Assembly: GCA_963718665.1 (NCBI GenBank)
Contig: OY970359.1
Location: forward strand, 64,001-128,000
Direction of reading: 5' to 3'
DNA from: an uncultured Phycisphaerales bacterium
GTDB taxonomy: Bacteria > Planctomycetota > Phycisphaerae > Sedimentisphaerales > Anaerobacaceae
Length of the DNA stretch: 64,000 nucleotides
Part shown: positions 42,621 to 50,932 of the stretch, one piece after another
How positions within the stretch are numbered: the stretch's first letter is position 1
How the letters are laid out: each line of letters starts with the position of its first letter
The notes under the pieces: model-generated
The model's input: only the letters and a program-made list of their open reading frames with translations
What the model was told of the DNA's origin: nothing
Database searches by the model: none
Program-made: the position numbers and the translations under genes

Positions 42621-42784
42621 AAACTTGCTATTCCCCTGTGGTGTCTCGTTTTACGCTCGTCTGCGCCCCACATTTACGCCGACGAACCACCGAGCAACAT
42701 AGCCCGGCTAAAAAGTTAATAATCAAAAATGCGCCTGCCTACGCAGCAAATGCTAAAAATCGTACATTGTATTTCGTATTTCGG

Positions 42785-43621
42785 TTATGTTTCAACTGCT
42801 TCCAAGTTCTTCACGAAGTCGTCAATAATCCACTGGGGCGTTGAGGCCCCTGCTGTAACACCTGCGGTCTGACAGCCGAAAACCTGTTTTTTATCAAATT
42901 CGTCCCAGTTTTGCAAATGAAATGTTTTATTATTGTACTTTTTGCACAATTCAGCTAATTTCCGCGTATTAGCGCTCTCCCGCCCCCCCAAAACGAACAT
43001 AATATCCACTTTCCTGCACAATTCGACCGCCGCCTGCTGCCTTTTAATCGCCTCCTTGCACAGCGTATTGACCACCTTCATTTCATCAAAGCCGGCCTTC
43101 GCTATCGCAGAAAGCATCTGGCTGAAAAATTCGGGGCTTTGCGTCGTCTGGCACACAATTCCCAGTCGCCCGCTTCCTATTGTGCTTATATCCGACTCAT
43201 TACCCACGACCACCGCCCCCTTTGTGCAGCCCACTACCGCCCGCACCTCTGGGTGATTCTGGTCGCCGACTATAACCACCTTATACCCCTGCTCCTCCAT
43301 CTGCATCGCAATTTGCTGCATCCTTTTGACCAAAACACACGTCGCGTCAATGATATCCGCGTTTTTTTGTTTAAGATGGGCCATTTCCTGCGAGGCCGCG
43401 CCGTGTGAGCGTATCAGCACTGTCGCCCCCGCCGGTATCTGCTCCACGTCATCGACGGTTACAAGACCCTTTTTGGCCAATCGCTCGACAACGCCCGGAT
43501 TATGAATAATCGGCCCCAGCGAATAAACCCGGCCCTTCTCCGCCAATACCTTCTCTGCCGTGCTTATAGCGTTGCGAACCCCCGCGCAAAAACCGTATTT
43601 TTCCGCGACTATAACTTTCAT
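42785..43621 (-). CDS. ispH: 4-hydroxy-3-methylbut-2-enyl diphosphate reductase
   Basis: GFCAGV, IIHN, RSHG, DATC, HPEV, QTTQ, TLC, SANT, TAGASTP. Confidence 0.97.
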   Translation of the reverse strand: MKVIVAEKYGFCAGVRNAISTAEKVLAEKGRVYSLGPIIHNPGVVERLAKKGLVTVDDVEQIPAGATVLIRSHGAASQEMAHLKQKNADIIDATCVLVKRMQQIAMQMEEQGYKVVIVGDQNHPEVRAVVGCTKGAVVVGNESDISTIGSGRLGIVCQTTQSPEFFSQMLSAIAKAGFDEMKVVNTLCKEAIKRQQAAVELCRKVDIMFVLGGRESANTRKLAELCKKYNNKTFHLQNWDEFDKKQVFGCQTAGVTAGASTPQWIIDDFVKNLEAVET

Positions 43622-43723
43622 TTGAAACAGGATTTTACCACCAAGACACTAAGACACGAAGGACTTTTTGTGTTTAGCCCCAAGGTTTACCCGCCGTCCG
43701 TGTGGCGGGCCTGCCCACCTTAC

Positions 43724-45658
43724 TCAATGCGATATCTGCTCGTTAAACGTCCGCAGTCGCATATCAATCGCGCCCAAAGCCCATTCAATATAATGCAGCT
43801 TATGCGACGGCTTATAATGCGCCTCATTCATTAACCCCTCGCGAACCGTCTCCAGAAAACTCTTTATTATCTTGGCGCTGATTTCCGTTGGGTTGGACGC
43901 CCACGTCTTCAATTCCTCGTATTCACGCCGCAGCTTCGCGCTGTTCTTCAATTGCTCCGCCGTCAGGTAATCCGCCGGGTTATACGCTAATTGAAGCCCC
44001 TTCAAACACATTATCAACGGCTCATAATTCGCCCGCTGCTCCAGCCGGATAAATTTGTATTGCTGGGTACACGCCGTTACCGAAGATGGCGTCTTGTCCC
44101 CTTCGCCGTCCGCGCCGACAAACCACTGTCGCTGGCTCGTCCTGGCGAATACAAGCTCTTCTCCGCTGGTAATCTCGTCGTGCCCCATCCTCGAAATCCA
44201 CAGCCGGCCCGTCTTGTTCACCTCTGTCCCCCCGCCCAGCGCCAACAAACACTTCACGAACCCCAGGGGCAAAATCTTCTGCTTGCCGATTTGCCTCTTC
44301 CGCATCTGGAATGACAAATGCAAACTGTGCGGCTTAACATTGTAAAACGCCGTTATCTCGTTTATAAGCTGATTCAAAAGCCACGGGCACGCCGTCGCGG
44401 GCCTCGACAACTCAAGCGCAACATTCAATCGCCCCGGGGCAAGCTCGAGAAACCCCTGCCGCCTCGTCCTCTCCGCAGACCCGCTGTGGTCGTCAATGTA
44501 CCCCCCAAGTTTCCACGACAATACATCGAGCTGAAAATCATGAAAATACCGAAAACAATCGTACACCGGGTCCTCTTTTTTCCCCTCCTCGACGTCGTCT
44601 TCCACCATTGCCGCCCCTACGTTACTCAACTCCGTCTCGCATCCCATCGGCACCAGACCAGGCTGAAAATTCGACCGTATCGAGTTCAACTGCGTCTCCA
44701 CAACCCTCGCGTCAAACAAGCTCCTCGCCGCCCTCACCGCGTATTTAACGTAATCTATCAAATCGTACTTCTCGAAAGGCATCGTCTTGAGACACTGCTT
44801 CACTATCATCTCTACCGCCGAGATGTTGTTGTTGATTATCTGTAACGCTATCAGTAAGCTCACCGACCGCTTGAAATACCGCTCCGATGTCCGCATGTGT
44901 TCCAGCTCAAATCGAAAATTCGCCTGTATCCTCTCGTCTAACTGGTTCAGAAGCACTTGCTTGACCACAATCGCAAGATAATTATTGATATATTTCGCTG
45001 CCTGCGGGTCCCCGTATAAATGCCTTATACTCGGCCTGGGTCGGTTAAGCTCATGCTCTAAAAAATAATCGCTCACCGCGTCCGTTCGATAATGCGTTAT
45101 CACCAAATCCCGTTCCGTCGTCGCCAATAGCTCCCGCTCCGCTAATCGCTCCAGTTCCGCATCGATGCTCTTGTCCCCGGGACGTGTCCGCTTCTTCAGA
45201 AAATTGTCTATCCGCTTGCGCAGCCAAAGCTCATGTATCAAATTAACGTGGAACCTGTCCCCGAAATGCTTCTTCATCGCCTCGGCGCTCACAAGATACG
45301 ACTGCGCCGTCACAAGCCCCTGGGCAGTATGCACCCTCACCGTCTCTCTTTCGTATCGTTTCCCCTCGTACCGGTCGATTTCCGCCATCGCCCTCTCCGG
45401 CACGTCATAAATCACGAAACCCTCTATCTTCGCCCCCTGCGACTCAACCGCGTAAAAATACACATTGTCCGGACTTACCTTCTTGTGCCCTGCTAAAAAC
45501 GCTGGCTCTGCCAGCAAAGTATGAGCATCCGCCTTGTTGCTCTTGCGAGTAAAACTCATCCCGCATATCGACTCGAATATCTGCGGGTCCCTCAGCGAAC
45601 CATATACAAACAGATTCACCGTCGTCTTCGTCGTCGTCTTTCTCTTGCCCCTGACCAT
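43724..45658 (-). CDS. Gamma-glutamylcyclotransferase (AIG2-like) domain fused to a putative amidoligase / glutamate-cysteine ligase-like domain
   Basis: N-terminal LFVYGSLR...IDRYEG..YER; C-terminal MGCETE, FLELAP, SLHLS and RLEQR. The C-terminal assignment is inferred. Confidence 0.75.
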   Translation of the reverse strand: MVRGKRKTTTKTTVNLFVYGSLRDPQIFESICGMSFTRKSNKADAHTLLAEPAFLAGHKKVSPDNVYFYAVESQGAKIEGFVIYDVPERAMAEIDRYEGKRYERETVRVHTAQGLVTAQSYLVSAEAMKKHFGDRFHVNLIHELWLRKRIDNFLKKRTRPGDKSIDAELERLAERELLATTERDLVITHYRTDAVSDYFLEHELNRPRPSIRHLYGDPQAAKYINNYLAIVVKQVLLNQLDERIQANFRFELEHMRTSERYFKRSVSLLIALQIINNNISAVEMIVKQCLKTMPFEKYDLIDYVKYAVRAARSLFDARVVETQLNSIRSNFQPGLVPMGCETELSNVGAAMVEDDVEEGKKEDPVYDCFRYFHDFQLDVLSWKLGGYIDDHSGSAERTRRQGFLELAPGRLNVALELSRPATACPWLLNQLINEITAFYNVKPHSLHLSFQMRKRQIGKQKILPLGFVKCLLALGGGTEVNKTGRLWISRMGHDEITSGEELVFARTSQRQWFVGADGEGDKTPSSVTACTQQYKFIRLEQRANYEPLIMCLKGLQLAYNPADYLTAEQLKNSAKLRREYEELKTWASNPTEISAKIIKSFLETVREGLMNEAHYKPSHKLHYIEWALGAIDMRLRTFNEQISH

Positions 45659-45709
45659 CTATAAATTCTCTGTGTTCTCTGTGGCTGAATAACTAAAAAC
45701 CCAACACTT

Positions 45710-45745
45710 AACACGGAGCGAAGCGACGAGCCCGCTTCGGAAACT
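45710..45745 (-). repeat. 36-bp post-stop repeat, copy 2 of 3
   Basis: Identical to 38457-38492; begins 1 nt after the restored glycosyltransferase stop. Confidence 0.9.
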
Positions 45746-45746
45746 C

Positions 45747-46450
45747 TTATTGTCCCTTACGTATCCTGTTGTAAAGCTTGAATAACTCTTTGAACGCCCG
45801 CAGAATCACCGTCAGTTTCGCCCCTGTTTGTTTGCCTGCCTTTCGCGGGTAATGATGGACCCCCACTTCTGCAATCCTGAATCCGCGTCGCGTCGCCCTC
45901 GCCAATATCTCCGCGCTAATCAGCGCACCGCGCTCGACATTGTCATCCCTTGGAATATTTCCGCTCGAAACAGCTTAAACGCGCAGTCGATATCCCTGAT
46001 ATGCATCCCGAACAAAAGATTCACCAATCTCGTCCACATCCACCCATTCAGTTTTCTCACAAACGGGTCTTTCCGGTCTAAGCGGTATCCGCACACAATG
46101 TCATTCTGCTTTATCAAAGGCAAAAGCAGCTTTATCTCGCCAATATCGAACTGCCCGTCCCCATCGGTGAAAAATATCAACTCTTTCTTCGCCGCTCGTA
46201 TCCCGGATTGCAGCGCCGCCCCGTATCCCATATTCTGCGGATGATGCACTACCCGGACTCGTTTGTTTCCTGCCGCGATTGCATCTGCTCTTGCCCCTGT
46301 TTGGTCTGTGCTGCCGTCGTTGACGAGGATTATCTCGTAATCCGCCCCCAGGCCTTCGAGAACCTCTATCGCCCGTTGGGTTGTCTGCCCAATATTATCC
46401 TGCTCGTTATAGCACGGAAAAAACACGCTTATCGAAATCTGTCGTTCCAT
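45747..46450 (-). CDS. Glycosyltransferase family 2 (polyprenyl-phosphate sugar synthase-like), 1-nt frameshift near 45930 (probable sequencing error)
   Basis: FFPCYNE, NDGSTD, NMGYGAAL, TDGDGQF, DIDCAFKLF; the shifted frame continues GALISAEIL...EVGVHHYPRKAG to TAA at 45747. 704 nt + 1 = 235 codons. Confidence 0.88.
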
Positions 46451-46657
46451 AATCCTTATCCACTCACCTGCCCCCGAGAAGTTGCTACTCTGGCTTTGCA
46501 ACAGGGGGTCCAGTTTCTTCATAATAATATTTAGCCCCGCCATCTCCGCCCTTGGCGAGTGGCGGGGTTAATCAAACCTAAGCCCGGATTATTCTAATCG
46601 CTGATTACACGGATTTCCATAGTTGTTTCGGTTAGCCCCGAAGCCTGCTTCGGGGTC

Positions 46658-46710
46658 TGTCATTCCCGCGGAAGCGGGAATCCATTTGTAGGGCGGGGTT
46701 TACCCCGCCG
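46658..46710 (+). repeat. Adjacent palindromic repeats: GTCATTCCCGC-GGAA-GCGGGAATCCA and a GTAG-type REP
   Basis: The first type recurs as an inverted pair at 62829-62901; the second recurs at 5631-5655. Confidence 0.8.
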
Positions 46711-46777
46711 TTTCTCCTAAATTATCTCCGCCAATTCTATCTTGCAAATATCCCCACATTGCTTAAACTAATTATCT

Positions 46778-47162
46778 ATGGCTAAGAAACCTGCATCCAA
46801 TTCAAAGAAAACTCCCGTGTCGGGCAAACCCTCTTCCCTTGTTGATACACGCGTCATTTATTGCGGCGATAACTTCGAACAGCTCAAAAAACTCCCCAAT
46901 GAATGTGTTGACCTGATTTATATCGACCCGCCTTTTAATTCAAACCGTAACTATGAGGTCTTCTGGGGCGAGACAAAGGAAAAACGCGCCTTCGATGACC
47001 GCCACGCCTCAACGCAGGCCTATATCGACTTTATGCGTCCCCGCTGCGTCGAACTCCACCGCGTCCTCAAGAAAACCGGCTCATTCTATTATCACTGCGA
47101 CTGGCACGCCTCTCACTATGTCAAAATAATGCTCGACCAGATCTTCGACGAAAATAATTTTT
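46778..47162 (+). pseudogene. N-terminal fragment of a beta-class N4/N6 DNA methyltransferase-endonuclease fusion
   Basis: IYCGDN...VDLIYIDPPFNS...LHRVLKKTGSFYYHCDWHASHYVK..LDQIFDENNF. Family similarity is lost after about 47162. Confidence 0.85.
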
Positions 47163-47354
47163 CCAACGCCGGCTGCATCGTTAAATCTGCTTTTATGGCG
47201 CACGTCAAAATTCAAAATTATCCGCGACGGGACGATTATCTTGCAAAGGACGAACTTTTCCATCGTCCAAAAAAAACAATCAATACCGCAGAATTATCTG
47301 AAGCCATTACGCGGGCCTATAACCCGGCATAATTCGGAGGAAAATGTCTTGTCA

Positions 47355-48860
47355 ATGAGTCCATATAGAAACTGGTTCATCGCCGGAGCCGCTGCCATTT
47401 GCTTCGTTACGGGCCTAACGCTCTCACATCGAATTGAACCGGGTGTGCGCGTGCAAAACGTGACGCTCGCCGAAGAGACGCCTGCGCTTAAGTTCATTCC
47501 TGCCGGCCCGGGACCGCATCCGGTGGCACTGCTCGCCCACGGATACGCTGTCTCGAAAGAGACGCTCTTTCGCTACGGGGAGGCGCTCGCAGCCGCCGGA
47601 TTTATTTGCTATAGCGTTGACCTTCCGGGGCATGGAGCGTCGACGCGGACATATACTTATATGGAAGCCGTGCATACACTGGAGGCAGTTGCACGCGAGG
47701 TCGGCCCGGTAGATGTTTTCGCGGGTCACTCGCTGGGCTACATAACCGGAGGCGAGGCAGTGCGGGAAGGGGGGATGAAACCGGGGCTTTTCATTGCCAT
47801 TGGTTCCATCATGCCGGTTCTGGGTGATCATGCCCCGCCGTTGCTTATTTTGGCAGGCCGGTTCGAGGAATTCCTTCCACCGGCCCTCCTCAAGACCCGA
47901 ACGGACGTGCATCTGGTGATTTCTCCCTGGTCCGATCATATGCTTGAAGCGTTTGATCCTGTGCTGGTGAATGCAGCCGTCGAGGCCGCGTGCGCTGCGG
48001 TCAACAAGACACCGCCGCCGCCGCCCACTGCCTGGCGCTGGCGACTCCTTGGCGCAGTGCTGGCAATGCTGGCAGCGGGCAAGCTGGCCAGTTGTTTGAC
48101 GGATTTGTTTTTGCAATTGGCTCGATTCCGCGGACTGTTTATCGGTGTCTTCATTGCTGTCGCCTTCATGCTTACCCTGGGCGGCAGGTGGCTCGATGCC
48201 ACGCCACACTTACGGTTACAGGGCATCGCCATGGGTGTTACCTTCCTCCTGGTAATGATTGCAGGCAGGCTCCGCATTCCGCGATGGAGCTTTGCCGCGC
48301 TTGGTATCCTTGTGGTGGTAATTGCCGTATGCTGGCTGAAGGTGAGCCCAAGTGTGACCGTGTGGGTATTCGTGGCTTGTGCTGTGGTCTTCACGCCCGC
48401 CCTGATCGCAGGAGTTGTCATCGGCTGGGTTGCCGCCCGCCGCGGGTCCCGACTGCAAGGCGACATCGCCATGGCCATCTTCGTGGGTTGCGCCGCCTTT
48501 CAATGCGTGGGACCGCCACGAACGGCTCCTGAAGTGCCTCAACCGCATGACATCATCAAACTGGACGCAAAACTTCTCGATGCCTGTATCGGCGAATATG
48601 AAATTGCGCCAGATAATGTATTTTTCACTGGAACGAAGGTGACTATTCGGCGAAATGGAGATCATTTAGTCTGGCAAGCTTTTGGAAAAATCCCATTACC
48701 AGGTGCTTTGGATCTTTATCCCGAATCGGAAACAAATTTCTTCCTCAAAATCACTGATGCGCAAGTGACATTCATTAAGAATGAGAAAGGCGAAGTGATG
48801 GCGATAAGCCACCATATGGCGGGGCTGCCGGATAGCGAGGGAAAGAAACTTACAAATTGA
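47355..48860 (+). CDS. Membrane-anchored alpha/beta hydrolase with central TM bundle and C-terminal DUF3471-like domain
   Basis: LLAHGY, VDLPGHG, GHSLG; about 6 TM segments; LD..IGEYE...LYPESETNFF...VTF. GGAGG at 47336 suggests a TTG start at 47349 or ATG at 47355. Confidence 0.8.
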   Translation: MSPYRNWFIAGAAAICFVTGLTLSHRIEPGVRVQNVTLAEETPALKFIPAGPGPHPVALLAHGYAVSKETLFRYGEALAAAGFICYSVDLPGHGASTRTYTYMEAVHTLEAVAREVGPVDVFAGHSLGYITGGEAVREGGMKPGLFIAIGSIMPVLGDHAPPLLILAGRFEEFLPPALLKTRTDVHLVISPWSDHMLEAFDPVLVNAAVEAACAAVNKTPPPPPTAWRWRLLGAVLAMLAAGKLASCLTDLFLQLARFRGLFIGVFIAVAFMLTLGGRWLDATPHLRLQGIAMGVTFLLVMIAGRLRIPRWSFAALGILVVVIAVCWLKVSPSVTVWVFVACAVVFTPALIAGVVIGWVAARRGSRLQGDIAMAIFVGCAAFQCVGPPRTAPEVPQPHDIIKLDAKLLDACIGEYEIAPDNVFFTGTKVTIRRNGDHLVWQAFGKIPLPGALDLYPESETNFFLKITDAQVTFIKNEKGEVMAISHHMAGLPDSEGKKLTN

Positions 48861-48877
48861 ACAGAATGTTTTTTCCG

Positions 48878-49435
48878 GCGCAGAATTTGAAACGCCAGTG
48901 GATTGGCATTGATATTTCGCCCACGGCCTGCCGGGTGATGGCAAAACGCCTGCGAGATGTCTGCAAAATGAAAGAGGATGAAACGCTCTGGCGGAAAGGT
49001 CAGGGCTTCGTTGTTCGGGACCTGCCTTGGACGGAGGCAAAGCTGCGGGCGATCCCGCCGTTTGAGTTTGAGAACTGGGCCGTCATTGCTCTGGGCGGCA
49101 GACCCAATGTCGCCAAGGTTGGCGATATGGGCATCGACGGGCGTATCTATCCGGTGTCGGCCATGCCGAAAAAGGACAAGGGAGAGCTTGGCTTTATGGA
49201 TGTCTGGTATCCCATTCAGGTCAAGCAGAAAGATAAAGTCGGCAGGCCTGATATCGATTCATTCGAGGCGGTAATGGCCAGGGAAGACCGCACACAGGGC
49301 TTTTTCGTTTCCTTTGATTACTCATCGGATGCGATGCGGGAGATTGAGGCGTTCTTCAAAAAGACCGGCAAAATCATCCGTGCCATTACTGTCAAAGACA
49401 TCCTCGATGAGCAAATCGCCTACAAACTGGCGTAA
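48878..49435 (+). pseudogene. C-terminal fragment of the same methyltransferase plus an intact-looking Mrr-like PD-(D/E)xK nuclease domain
   Basis: AQNLKRQWIGIDISPTAC (post-motif-I MTase strand), then FEFENWA...GDMGIDG...PIQVKQ..VGRPDIDSF...GFFVSF. In-frame starts at 48857 (TTG) and 48866 (ATG). Confidence 0.82.
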
Positions 49436-49477
49436 ATCCTTAGCCTTATGTTAAAGATATTTTGGGAGTAACATAAG

Positions 49478-50398
49478 TTGTCAACTTTTGACTTTAAGAT
49501 TGAATACAATAAATGGCTTAAGCATTTTGACTCTAAAGAAAAGAATAGTATTTTACAGCAATCCTATCACATGCTTTACGAAACACTTATATATAGGTGC
49601 ATTTTAAAAGCTAGGTCTATTGCTCCAAAAGATGATGAAGGCAAACTTAAGCTAAATGGAGCAATACATAATTTTATAGACAAATGTTTTTTCATTACCC
49701 AATTAATGACTATCAGGCGACTAACAGATAAAAAAGGTTCTGATATTATTTCTCTTTACCAATTATTAAAATTAATGAAACAAAACAATAAGCACTTAAC
49801 GAGAAAAAATTATTTTATGATTTTGCAAGAGAAAGGATATCACTATGATTATTCTGAAATTAGGAAAAGAGAGGAAGAGTATATACGGAAAAATTTAAAT
49901 GAGGATAATCCCACAATTTGGATTCCAGATGAATTTGATTGGCAAAAATCATCTGATTTTCATCTGAGGTTCGATAAATTATCAAAGACTCAATTTAACA
50001 ATAGAACTCCGGAAGATATAATAGCTCCCTCCGTTTTTGAAAATTTATTTAATAGATTGGGAACCTGTGAAAACCTGCGAGATCATGTTGATAGTTTTAT
50101 AGCCCATTCATTAAATTCGGAAAAAATAGAAAAATTAGATGATGAGGCATTAAGAATAACTCTTAATCAATTATGGGGAGCACAGAAGATTATTTGTTCA
50201 GTTATAAACTTTGTAGGTTTATATCTAATAGGCATATCGGATTACATGTTGTTACCTCTAACACATGGACAGATTTTGCATTACATTGAAGAGCCTCTGG
50301 TTTCAAAAGAGAAAAAAACAGAGTTATATAAAGAAGAAGAGGTTTTCCGAAATGAAATGTTTTCTTGGAAAATAAACATTGATGAATTGATAAATTAA
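49478..50398 (+). CDS. AT-rich HEPN (AbiU2-like) domain protein
   Basis: IRRLTD...ISL..LL and LRDHVDSFIAH pattern; markedly AT-rich (two sampled 60-mers were 20% and 32% GC). Confidence 0.6.
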   Translation: MSTFDFKIEYNKWLKHFDSKEKNSILQQSYHMLYETLIYRCILKARSIAPKDDEGKLKLNGAIHNFIDKCFFITQLMTIRRLTDKKGSDIISLYQLLKLMKQNNKHLTRKNYFMILQEKGYHYDYSEIRKREEEYIRKNLNEDNPTIWIPDEFDWQKSSDFHLRFDKLSKTQFNNRTPEDIIAPSVFENLFNRLGTCENLRDHVDSFIAHSLNSEKIEKLDDEALRITLNQLWGAQKIICSVINFVGLYLIGISDYMLLPLTHGQILHYIEEPLVSKEKKTELYKEEEVFRNEMFSWKINIDELIN

Positions 50399-50504
50399 TT
50401 CTAAAGAAAAAGAGGTCAGCCAGCCCTGAGTGTGTCGAAGGAAAGCTTTTTTCCAGGGCGATTCAAAGATGAAACCGGCAATCGCAAATCTGTGTCATTT
50501 TACA

Positions 50505-50622
50505 ATCAGCCAGCAAACACCTTAGGTGTGGGCGACAACGTCGCCCGGCAGACGAGATAAAGGTCTTGCGCATAAACCGCGTTTGGAGCACAGACCTTAT
50601 CGAGTATGCCTCCCCGGCTGAC
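50505..50622. repeat. Multi-stem structured element, copy A (inverted relative to B and C)
   Basis: TCAGCC...GGCTGA closing stem with three internal arms; homologous to 54501-54618 and 54865-54979. Confidence 0.8.
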
Positions 50623-50932
50623 TAAATCCGTGCAATCTGTATAATCCGTGGTTAAAAACTTCGTGTACCTTCGTGGTTAAAAAACAGTGTAAATCAAATT
50701 CTCTGCGTTCTCTGCGGTAAAACAAATCGGCATTCGTCAATCGCAAATCGGCAATCATTTAATCCGTCCGCCGAAACCTCGCCTCCCTCGGCTAACATAA
50801 CCTGCGTCAATCTGCGAAATCAGCGTCTAAAAAAATCCGTCTTCTGTCCTCAGTCCTCTGTCTTCCTTTTTTTTACTCTATTCTCTGTGACCTCTGTGTA
50901 CTCTGTGGCTTAAAAAAACTCTGTGGCTAAGT

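Noticed and set aside
41196..42719. Long plus-strand ORFs opposite rpsA, and similar ones opposite aroB and the aldolase
   Set aside because: They are antisense shadows of conserved genes and carry no motifs of their own.
47161..47186. CCAAC...GTTAAAT at the left MTase junction as an integron attC site
   Set aside because: Too short, no L boxes or extended palindrome, and no integrase in the window.
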